Assembly (NCBI RefSeq): GCF_009914755.1
Contig: NC_060927.1
Origin: the human T2T-CHM13v2.0 reference genome, Homo sapiens
DNA: 64,000 nucleotides
Reading direction: 5' to 3' (one strand)
The notes under the pieces were generated by a model. The model was not told the DNA's origin and did not search any database. It saw only the letters and a program-made list of their open reading frames with translations. The first letter of the stretch is position 1, and every line of letters begins with the position of its first letter. Shown here piece after piece: positions 1 through 11,500 of the stretch. The position numbers and the translations under genes were made by a program.

Positions 1-72
1 CTCTCTGATTTGAATACATACATCCCAAAAGAAGTTACTGAGAATTCTTCTGTCTAGCATTATGTGAAGAAA

Positions 73-89
73 TCCCGTTTCCAACGAAA
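73..89 (-). promoter_or_regulatory. CENP-B box (core intact)
   Basis: tcccgtttccaacgaaa is the reverse complement of TTTCGTTGGAAACGGGA, matching the core NTTCGNNNNANNCGGGN. It recurs once per 17-mer. Confidence 0.92.
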
Positions 90-413
90 GCCTCAAAGAG
101 GCCCAAATATCCAGTTGCAGCATTTACAAACTGACTGTTTCCAAACTCATCTATGAAAAGAAAGGTTAAACTCTGTGAGTTGAATGCACATATCACAAAG
201 TAGTTCCTGAGAATGATTCTGTCTAGTTTTTATACGAAGATATTTCCTTTTCCACCAATGGCCTCAAAGTGCTTGAAATCTCCCCTTGCAAATTCCACAG
301 ACAAGTGTCTCAAATCTGCACTGTCTAAAGGAAGGTTCAACCCTGTGAGTTGAATACACACACACAGAAAAAAATTCACTGAGAATTCTATTGTCTATCA
401 TTACACGAAGAAA

Positions 414-430
414 TCCCGTTTACTACGAAG
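414..430 (-). promoter_or_regulatory. CENP-B box, variant spacer but 9-nt core intact
   Basis: tcccgtttactacgaag; the substitutions fall in non-core positions. Confidence 0.8.
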
Positions 431-752
431 GCCTCAAAGAGGTCCAAATATCCAGCTGCAGACATTACAAACTGAGTGTTTCCAAAGTGCTCTATGAAAA
501 GAAGTGTTAAACACTGTGAGTTCAATGCACACATCCCAAAGCAGTTTCTGACAATGATTCCGTCTATTTTTTCTACGAAGATATTTCCTTTTCTACCGTT
601 GGCCTCAAAGCGCTTGAAATCTCCACTTGCAAATTCCACAAAAAGAGAGTTTCAAATCTGCTCTGTCTAAAGGAAGGTTCAACTCTGTGAGTTGAATACA
701 CACCACAAAAAGAAGTTACTGAGAATTCTTCTGTCTAGCATTATATGAAAAA

Positions 753-769
753 TCCCGTTTCCAACGAAG
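753..769 (-). promoter_or_regulatory. CENP-B box (canonical)
   Basis: tcccgtttccaacgaag is the reverse complement of CTTCGTTGGAAACGGGA. Confidence 0.93.
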
Positions 770-1090
770 GCCACAAAGAGGTCCAAATATCCACTTGCAG
801 ATTCTGCAAAAAGAGTGTTTCCAAACTGCTCTATGAAAAGAAACGTTAAACTCTGTGAGTTGAACGCAAACATCACAAAGTAGTTTCTGAGAATGACTCC
901 GTCTAGTTTTTATACGAAGATATTTCCTTTCCTACCATTCACTTCAAAGCGCTTGAAGTCTCCCCCTGAAAATTCCACAAAAAGTGTTTCCAATCTGCTC
1001 CGCCTAAAGGAAGCTTCAACTCTGTGAGTTGAATACCCACAACCCAAAGAAGTTACTGAGAATTCTTCTGTCTAGCATTATATGAAGAAA

Positions 1091-1107
1091 TCCCGTTTCC
1101 AACGAAG
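1091..1107 (-). promoter_or_regulatory. CENP-B box (canonical)
   Basis: tcccgtttccaacgaag. Confidence 0.93.
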
Positions 1108-1429
1108 GCCTCAAATACATCCAAATATCCAGTTGCTGACTTTACAAACTGAGTGTTTCCAAACTGCTCTATGAAAAGAAAGGTTAAACACTGTGAGTTG
1201 AACACACACGTACCAAAGTAGTTTCTGAGAATGATTCTGTCTAGTTTGCATACGAAGATATTTCCTTTTCTACCATTGGCCTCAAAGCTTTGAAATCTCC
1301 ACTTGCAAATTCCACAAAAAGAGAGTTTCAACTCTGCTGTTTCTAAAGGAAAGTTCAACTCTGAGAGTTGAATACACACCAGAAAAAGCAGTTACTGAGA
1401 AGTCTTCTGTCTAGCATTATATGAAGAAA

Positions 1430-1446
1430 TCCCATTTCCAACGAAG
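1430..1446 (-). promoter_or_regulatory. Degenerate CENP-B box (core CpG changed to CpA), fixed across HOR copies
   Basis: tcccatttccaacgaag; the same change is present in every unit I inspected. Confidence 0.85.
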
Positions 1447-1770
1447 ACTTCAAAGAGGTCCAAATATCCACTTGCAGATTCTGCAAAAAGAGTGTTTCGA
1501 AACAACTGTATGAAAAGAAAGGTTAAACACTGTGAGTTGAACGCACACATTGCAAAGCAGTTTCTGAGAATGATTCCGTCTAATTATTATACGAAGGTAT
1601 TTCCTTTTCTATCATTGGCCTCAAAGCGCTTGATACCTCCACCTGAAAATTCCACAAAAAGAGTGTTTCCAATCTACTCTGTCTAAAGGAACGTTCAACT
1701 CTGTGAGTTGAATACACACACACAGAAAGAATTCACTGAGAATTCTTCTGTCTGGCATTACATGAAGAAA

Positions 1771-1787
1771 TCCCGTTTCCAACGAAG
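1771..1787 (-). promoter_or_regulatory. CENP-B box (canonical)
   Basis: tcccgtttccaacgaag. Confidence 0.93.
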
Positions 1788-2284
1788 GCCTCAAAGAGGT
1801 CCAAATATCCACTTGCAGATTCTGCAAAAAGAGTGTTTCAAAACCGCTCCATTAAAAGGAATGTTGAACTCTGTGAGTTGAATGCAAACATCACAACTCA
1901 GTTGCTGAGAATGCTTCTGACTAGATTTTATGGTAAGATATTTCCTTTTCTACCGTAGGCTTCAATGCCCTCTAAATACACCCTTGCAAATTCTACAAAG
2001 AGACTGTTTCATAACTGCTCTACAGGAAGAAAGGTTCAACTCTGTGAGTTGAATGCAGAGATCACAACGTGGTTTCTGCGAATGTTTCTTTGTAGTTTTT
2101 ACATGAAGATATTTCGTTGTCAACCGTAGGCTTCAAAGCACTCAAAGTATTCACTTGGAACTTTTACAAAAAGAGTGTTAGAAAACTGCTCTTTCCAAAG
2201 TAAGGTTCAACTCTGTGAGTTGAATGCACACATAACAATCAAGAAGTTTCTGAGAATTCTTCTGTCCTGGTTTATATGAAAAAA

Positions 2285-2301
2285 TCCCGTTTCCAACGAA
2301 G
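2285..2301 (-). promoter_or_regulatory. CENP-B box (canonical), following a three-monomer (514 bp) interval
   Basis: tcccgtttccaacgaag. Confidence 0.93.
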
Positions 2302-5300
2302 GCCTCAAAGACGTTTAAATATCCACTTGCAGACTTCACAAACAGAGTGTTTCCAAACTGCTCTATGAAAAGAAAGGGTAAACACTGTGAGTTGAACGCA
2401 CACCTCACAAAGTAGTTTCTGAGAATGATACTGTCTAGTTTTTATACGAAGATATTTCCTTTTGTACCATTGGCCTCATACTGCTAGAATTTTCCACTTG
2501 CAAATTCCACAAAAAGAGTGTTTCCAATCTGCTCTGTCTAAAGGAAGGTTCAACTCTGTGAGTTGAGTACACACACACAAAGAAGCTACTGAGAATTCTT
2601 TTGTCAAGAATTATAAGAAGAAATCCCGTTTCCAACCAAGGCCTCAAAGAGTTCCAAATATCCACTTGCACACTGCACAAACTAAGTCTTTCCATACTGC
2701 TCTATGCAAAGAAATGTTCAAATCTGTGAGTTTAATACACACATCACAAAGCAGTTTCTGAGAATGATACTGTCTAGTTTTTATACGAAGATATTTCCTT
2801 TTGTACCATTGGCCTCATACTGCTAGAATTTTCCACTTGCAAATTCCACAAAAAGAGTGTTTCCAATCCGCTCTGTCTAAAGGAAGGTTCAACTCTCTGA
2901 TTTGAATACATACATCCCAAAAGAAGTTACTGAGAATTCTTCTGTCTAGCATTATGTGAAGAAATCCTGTTTCCAACGAAAGCCTCAAAGAGGCCCAAAT
3001 ATCCAGTTGCAGCATTTACAAACTGACTGTTTCCAAACTCATCTATGAAAAGAAAGGTTAAACTCTGTGAGTTGAATGCACATATCACAAAGTAGTTCCT
3101 GAGAATGATTCTGTCTAGTTTTTATACGAAGATATTTCCTTTTCCACCAATGGCCTCAAAGTGCTTGAAATCTCCCCTTGCAAATTCCACAGACAAGTGT
3201 CTCAAATCTGCACTGTCTAAAGGAAGGTTCAACCCTGTGAGTTGAATACACACACACAGAAAAAAATTCACTGAGAATTCTATTGTCTATCATTACACGA
3301 AGAAATCCCGTTTTCTACGAAGGCCTCAAAGAGGTCCAAATATCCAGCTGCAGACATTACAAACTGAGTGTTTCCAAAGTGATCTATGAAAAGAAGTGTT
3401 AAACACTGTGAGTTCAATGCACACATCCCAAAGCAGTTTCTGAGAATGATTCCGTCTATTTTTTCTACGAAGATATTTCCTTTTCTACCGTTGGCCTCAA
3501 AGCGCTTGAAATCTCCACTTGCAAATTCCACAAAAAGAGAGTTTCAAATCTGCTCTGTCTAAAGGAAGGTTCAACTCTGTGAGTTGAATACACACCACAA
3601 AAAGAAGTTACTGAGAATTCTTCTGTCTAGCATTATATGAAAAATCCCGTTTCCAACGAAGGCCACAAAGAGGTCTAAATATCCACTTGCAGATTCTGCA
3701 AAAAGAGTGTTTCCAAACTGCTCTATGAAAAGAAACGTTAAACTCTGTGAGTTGAACGCAAACATCACAAAGTAGTTTCTGAGAATGACTCCGTCTAGTT
3801 TTTATACGAAGATATTTCCTTTTCTACCATTCACTTCAAAGCGCTTGAAGTCTCCCCCTGAAAATTCCACAAAAAGTGTTTCCAATCTGCTCCGCCTAAA
3901 GGAAGCTTCAACTCTGTGAGTTGAATACCCACAACCCAAAGAAGTTACTGAGAATTCTTCTGTCTAGCATTATATGAAGAAATCCCGTTTCCAACGAAGG
4001 CCTCAAATACATCCAAATATCCAGTTGCTGACTTTACAAACTGAGTGTTTCCAAACTGCTCTATGAAAAGAAAGGTTAAACACTGTGAGTTGAACACACA
4101 CGTACCAAAGTAGTTTCTGAGAATGATTCTGTCTAGTTTGCATACGAAGATATTTCCTTTTCTACCATTGGCCTCAAAGCTTTGAAATCTCCACTTGCAA
4201 ATTCCACAAAAAGAGAGTTTCAACTCTGCTGTTTCTAAAGGAAAGTTCAACTCTGAGAGTTGAATACACACCAGAAAAAGCAGTTACTGAGAAGTCTTCT
4301 GTCTAGCATTATATGAAGAAATCCCATTTCCAACGAAGACTTCAAAGAGGTCCAAATATCCACTTGCAGATTCTGCAAAAAGAGTGTTTCGAAACAACTG
4401 TATGAAAAGAAAGGTTAAACACTGTGAGTTGAACGCACACATTGCAAAGCAGTTTCTGAGAATGATTCCGTCTAATTATTATACGAAGGTATTTCCTTTT
4501 CTATCATTGGCCTCAAAGCGCTTGATACCTCCACCTGAAAATTCCACAGAAAGAGTGTTTCCAATCTACTCTGTCTAAAGGAACGTTCAACTCCGTGAGT
4601 TGAATACACACACACAGAAAGAATTCACTGAGAATTCTTCTGTCTGGCATTACATGAAGAAATCCCGTTTCCAACGAAGGCCTCAAAGAGGTCCAAATAT
4701 CCACTTGCAGATTCTGCAAAAAGAGTGTTTCAAAACCGCTCCATTAAAAGGAATGTTGAACTCTGTGAGTTGAATGCAAACATCACAACTCAGTTTCTGA
4801 GAATGCTTCTGACTAGATTTTATGGTAAGATATTTCCTTTTCTACGGTAGGCTTCAATGCCCTCTAAATACACCCTTGCAAATTCTACAAAGAGACTGTT
4901 TCATAACTGCTCTACAGGAAGAAAGGTTCAACTCTGTGAGTTGAATGCAGAGATCACAACGTGGTTTCTGCGAATGATTCTTTGTAGTTTTTACATGAAG
5001 ATATTTCGTTGTCAACCGTAGGCTTCAAAGCACTCAAAGTATTCACTTGGAACTTTTACAAAAAGAGTGTTAGAAAACTGCTCTTTCCAAAGTAAGGTTC
5101 AACTCTGTGAGTTGAATGCACACATAACAATCAAGAAGTTTCTGAGAATTCTTCTGTCCTGGTTTATATGAAGAAATCCCGTTTCCAACGAAGGCCTCAA
5201 AGACGTTTAAATATCCACTTGCAGACTTCACAAACAGAGTGTTTCCAAACTGCTCTATGAAAAGAAAGGTTAAACTCTGTGAGTTGAACGCACACATCAC

Positions 5301-5513
5301 AAAGTAGTTTCTGAGAATGATACTGTCTAGTTTTTATACGAAGATATTTCCTTTCTACCATTGGCGTCAAAGCGCTAGAATTCTCCACTTGCAAATTCCA
5401 CAAAAAGAGTGTTTCCAATCTGCTCTGTCTAAAGGAAGGTTCAACTCTGTGAGTTGTATACACACACACAAAGAAGCTACTGAGAATTCTTTTGTCAAGA
5501 ATTATAAGAAGAA

Positions 5514-5530
5514 ATCCCGTTTCCAACGAA
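5514..5530 (-). promoter_or_regulatory. CENP-B box (canonical) at the eighth box position of the HOR; the copy at 2624 is mutated
   Basis: aagaagaaatcccgtttccaacgaag at about 5506-5531, versus tcccgtttccaaccaag at 2624-2640. Confidence 0.88.
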
Positions 5531-8500
5531 GGCCTCAAAGAGTTCCAAATATCCACTTGCACACTGCACAAACTCTTTCCACACTGCTCTATGCAAAGAA
5601 ATGTTCAACTCTGTGAGTTTAATACACACATCACAAAGCAGTTTCTGAGAATGATACTGTCTAGTTTTTATACGAAGATATTTCCTTTTGTACCATTGGC
5701 CTCATACTGCTAGAATTTTCCACTTGCAAATTCCACAAAAAGAGTGTTTCCAATCCGCTCTGTCTAAAGGAAGGTTCAACTCTCTGATTTGAATACATAC
5801 ATCCCAAAAGAAGTTACTGAGAATTCTTCTGTCTAGCATTATGTGAAGAAATCCCGTTTCCAACGAAAGCCTCAAAGAGGCCCAAATATCCAGTTGCAGC
5901 ATTTACAAACTGACTGTTTCCAAACTCATCTATGAAAAGAAAGGTTAAACTCTGTGAGTTGAATGCACATATCACAAAGTAGTTCCTGAGAATGATTCTG
6001 TCTAGTTTTTATACGAAGATATTTCCTTTTCCACCAATGGCCTCAAAGTGCTTGAAATCTCCCCTTGCAAATTCCACAGACAAGTGTCTCAAATCTGCAC
6101 TGTCTAAAGGAAGGTTCAACCCTGTGAGTTGAATACACACACACAGAAAAAAATTCACTGAGAATTCTATTGTCTATCATTACACGAAGAAATCCCGTTT
6201 ACTACGAAGGCCTCAAAGAGGTCCAAATATCCAGCTGCAGACATTACAAACTGAGTGTTTCCAAAGTGCTCTATGAAAAGAAGTGTTAAACACTGTGAGT
6301 TCAATGCACACATCCCAAAGCAGTTTCTGAGAATGATTCTGTCTATTTTTTCTACGAAGATATTTCCTTTTCTACCGTTGGCCTCAAAGCGCTTGAAATC
6401 TCCACTTGCAAATTCCACAAAAAGAGAGTTTCAAATCTGCTCTGTCTAAAGGAAGGTTCAACTCTGTGAGTTGAATACACACCACAAAAAGAAGTTACTG
6501 AGAATTCTTCTGTCTAGCATTATATGAAAAATCCCGTTTCCAACGAAGGCCACAAAGAGGTCCAAATATCCACTTGTAGATTCTGCAAAAAGAGTGTTTC
6601 CAAACTGCTCTATGAAAAGAAACGTTAAACTCTGTGAGTTGAACGCAAACATCACAAAGTAGTTTCTGAGAATGACTCCGTCTAGTTTTTATACGAAGAT
6701 ATTTCCTTTCCTACCATTCACTTCAAAGCGCTTGAAGTCTCCCCCTGAAAATTCCACAAAAAGTGTTTCCAATCTGCTCCGCCTAAAGGAAGCTTCAACT
6801 CTGTGAGTTGAATACCCACAACCCAAAGAAGTTACTGAGAATTCTTCTGTCTAGCACTATATGAAGAAATCCCGTTTCCAACGAAGGCCTCAAATACATC
6901 CAAATATCCAGTTGCTGACTTTACAAACTGAGTGTTTCCAAACTGCTCTATGAAAAGAAAGGTTAAACACTGTGACTTGAACACACACGTACCAAAGTAG
7001 TTTCTGAGAATGATTCTGTCTAGTTTGCATACGAAGATATTTCCTTTTCTACCATTGGCCTCAAAGCTTTGAAATCTCCACTTGCAAATTCCACAAAAAG
7101 AGAGTTTCAACTCTGCTGTTTCTAAAGGAAAGTTCAACTCTGAGAGTTGAATACACACCAGAAAAAGCAGTTACTGAGAAGTCTTCTGTCTAGCATTATA
7201 TGAAGAAATCCCATTTCCAACGAAGACTTCAAAGAGGTCCAAATATCCACTTGCAGATTCTGCAAAAAGAGTGTTTCGAAACAACTGTATGAAAAGAAAG
7301 GTTAAACACTGTGAGTTGAACGCACACATTGCAAAGCAGTTTCTGAGAATGATTCCGTCTAATTATTATACGAAGGTATTTCCTTTTCTATCATTGGCCT
7401 CAAAGCGCTTGATACCTCCACCTGAAAATTCCACAAAAAGAGTGTTTCCAATCTACTCTGTCTAAAGGAACGTTCAACTCCGTGAGTTGAATACACACAC
7501 ACAGAAAGAATTCACTGAGAATTCTTCTGTCTGGCATTACATGAAGAAATCCCGTTTCCAACGAAGGCCTCAAAGAGGTCCAAATATCCACTTGCAGATT
7601 CTGCAAAAAGAGTGTTTCAAAACCGCTCCATTAAAAGGAATGTTGAACTCTGTGAGTTGAATGCAAACATCACAACTCAGTTGCTGAGAATGCTTCTGAC
7701 TAGATTTTATGGTAAGATATTTCCTTTTCTACCGTAGGCTTCAATGCCCTCTAAATACACCCTTGCAAATTCTACAAAGAGACTGTTTCATAACTGCTCT
7801 ACAGGAAGAAAGGTTCAACTCTGTGAGTTGAATGCAGAGATCACAACGTGGTTTCTGCGAATGATTCTTTGTAGTTTTTACATGAAGATATTTCGTTGTC
7901 AACCGTAGGCTTCAAAGCACTCAAAGTATTCACTTGGAACTTTTACAAAAAGAGTGTTAGAAAACTGCTCTTTCCAAAGTAAGGTTCAACTCTGTGAGTT
8001 GAATGCACACATAACAATCAAGAAGTTTCTGAGAATTCTTCTGTCCTGGTTTATATGAAGAAATCCCGTTTCCAACGAAGGCCTCAAAGACGTTTAAATA
8101 TCCACTTGCAGACTTCACAAACAGAGTGTTTCCAAACTGCTCTATGAAAAGAAAGGTTAAACTCTGTGAGTTGAACGCACACATCACAAAGTAGTTTCTG
8201 AGAATGATACTGTCTAGTTTTTATACGAAGATATTTCCTTTCTACCATTGGCGTCAAAGCGCTAGAATTCTCCACTTGCAAATTCCACAAAAAGAGTGTT
8301 TCCAATCTGCTCTGTCTAAAGGAAGGTTCAACTCTGTGAGTTGAATACACACACACAAAGAAGCTACTGAGAATTCTTTTGTCAAGAATTATAAGAAGAA
8401 ATCCCGTTTCCAACGAAGGCCTCAAAGAGTTCCAAATATCCACTTGCACACTGCACAAACTCTTTCCACACTGCTCTATGCAAAGAAATGTTCAACTCTG

Positions 8501-11500
8501 TGAGTTTAATACACACATCACAAAGCAGTTTCTGAGAATGATACTGTCTAGTTTTTATACGAAGATATTTCCTTTTGTACCATTGGCCTCATACTGCTAG
8601 AATTTTCCACTTGCAAATTCCACAAAAAGAGTGTTTCCAATCCGCTCTGTCTAAAGGAAGGTTCAACTCTCTGATTTGAATACATACATCCCAAAAGAAG
8701 TTACTGAGAATTCTTCTGTCTAGCATTATGTGAAGAAATCCCGTTTCCAACGAAAGCCTCAAAGAGGCCCAAATATCCAGTTGCAGCATTTACAAACTGA
8801 CTGTTTCCAAACTCATCTATGAAAAGAAAGGTTAAACTCTGTGAGTTGAATGCACATATCACAAAGTAGTTCCTGAGAATGATTCTGTCTAGTTTTTATA
8901 CGAAGATATTTCCTTTTCCACCAATGGCCTCAAAGTGCTTGAAATCTCCCCTTGCAAATTCCACAGACAAGTGTCTCAAATCTGCACTGTCTAAAGGAAG
9001 GTTCAACCCTGTGAGTTGAATACACACACACAGAAAAAAATTCACTGAGAATTCTATTGTCTATCATTACACGAAGAAATCCCGTTTACTACGAAGGCCT
9101 CAAAGAGGTCCAAATATCCAGCTGCAGACATTACAAACTGAGTGTTTCCAAAGTGCTCTATGAAAAGAAGTGTTAAACACTGTGAGTTCAATGCACACAT
9201 CCCAAAGCAGTTTCTGAGAATGATTCCGTCTATTTTTTCTACGAAGATATTTCCTTTTCTACCGTTGGCCTCAAAGCGCTTGAAATCTCCACTTGCAAAT
9301 TCCACAAAAAGAGAGTTTCAAATCTGCTCTGTCTAAAGGAAGGTTCAACTCTGTGAGTTGAATACACACCACAAAAAGAAGTTACTGAGAATTCTTCTGT
9401 CTAGCATTATATGAAAAATCCCGTTTCCAACGAAGGCCACAAAGAGGTCCAAATATCCACTTGCAGATTCTGCAAAAAGAGTGTTTCCAAACTGCTCTAT
9501 GAAAAGAAACGTTAAACTCTGTGAGTTGAACGCAAACATCACAAAGTAGTTTCTGAGAATGACTCCGTCTAGTTTTTATACGAAGATATTTCCTTTCCTA
9601 CCATTCACTTCAAAGCGCTTGAAGTCTCCCCCTGAAAATTCCACAAAAAGTGTTTCCAATCTGCTCCGCCTAAAGGAAGCTTCAACTCTGTGAGTTGAAT
9701 ACCCACAACCCAAAGAAGTTACTGAGAATTCTTCTGTCTAGCATTATATGAAGAAATCCCGTTTCCAACGAAGGCCTCAAATACATCCAAATATCCAGTT
9801 GCTGACTTTACAAACTGAGTGTTTCCAAACTGCTCTATGAAAAGAAAGGTTAAACACTGTGACTTGAACACACACGTACCAAAGTAGTTTCTGAGAATGA
9901 TTCTGTCTAGTTTGCATACGAAGATATTTCCTTTTCTACCATTGGCCTCAAAGCTTTGAAATCTCCACTTGCAAATTCCACAAAAAGAGAGTTTCAACTC
10001 TGCTGTTTCTAAAGGAAAGTTCAACTCTGAGAGTTGAATACACACCAGAAAAAGCAGTTACTGAGAAGTCTTCTGTCTAGCATTATATGAAGAAATCCCA
10101 TTTCCAACGAAGACTTCAAAGAGGTCCAAATATCCACTTGCAGATTCTGCAAAAAGAGTGTTTCGAAACAACTGTATGAAAAGAAAGGTTAAACACTGTG
10201 AGTTGAACGCACACATTGCAAAGCAGTTTCTGAGAATGATTCCGTCTAATTATTATACGAAGGTATTTCCTTTTCTATCATTGGCCTCAAAGCGCTTGAT
10301 ACCTCCACCTGAAAATTCCACAAAAAGAGTGTTTCCAATCTACTCTGTCTAAAGGAACGTTCAACTCCGTGAGTTGAATACACACACACAGAAAGAATTC
10401 ACTGAGAATTCTTCTGTCTGGCATTACATGAAGAAATCCCGTTTCCAACGAAGGCCTCAAAGAGGTCCAAATATCCACTTGCAGATTCTGCAAAAAGAGT
10501 GTTTCAAAACCGCTCCATTAAAAGGAATGTTGAACTCTGTGAGTTGAATGCAAACATCACAACTCAGTTGCTGAGAATGCTTCTGACTAGATTTTATGGT
10601 AAGATATTTCCTTTTCTACCGTAGGCTTCAATGCCCTCTAAATACACCCTTGCAAATTCTACAAAGAGACTGTTTCATAACTGCTCTACAGGAAGAAAGG
10701 TTCAACTCTGTGAGTTGAATGCAGAGATCACAACGTGGTTTCTGCGAATGATTCCTTGTAGTTTTTACATGAAGATATTTCGTTGTCAACCGTAGGCTTC
10801 AAAGCACTCAAAGTATTCACTTGGAACTTTTACAAAAAGAGTGTTAGAAAACTGCTCTTTCCAAAGTAAGGTTCAACTCTGTGAGTTGAATGCACACATA
10901 ACAATCAAGAAGTTTCTGAGAATTCTTCTGTCCTGGTTTATATGAAGAAATCCCGTTTCCAACGAAGGCCTCAAAGACGTTTAAATATCCACTTGCAGAC
11001 TTCACAAACAGAGTGTTTCCAAACTGCTCTATGAAAAGAAAGGTTAAACTCTGTGAGTTGAACGCACACATCACAAAATAGTTTCTGAGAATGATACTGT
11101 CTAGTTTTTATACGAAGATATTTCCTTTCTACCATTGGCGTCAAAGCGCTAGAATTCTCCACTTGCAAATTCCACAAAAAGAGTGTTTCCAATCTGCTCT
11201 GTCTAAAGGAAGGTTCAACTCTGTGAGTTGAATACACACACACAAAGAAGCTACTGAGAATTCTTTTGTCAAGAATTATAAGAAGAAATCCCGTTTCCAA
11301 CGAAGGCCTCAAAGAGTTCCAAATATCCACTTGCACACTGCACAAACTAAGTCTTTCCAAACTGCTCTATGCAAAGAAATGTTGAACTCTGTGAGTTTAA
11401 TACACACATCACAAAGCAGTTTCTGAGAATGATACTGTCTAGTTTTTATACGAAGATATTTCCTTTTGTACCATTGGCCTCATACTGCTAGAATTTTCCA

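Noticed and set aside
354-374. Short (CA)n and A-runs (tacacacacacagaaaaaaa)
   Set aside because: These are ordinary monomer-specific features with constant length across HOR copies, not independent microsatellites.
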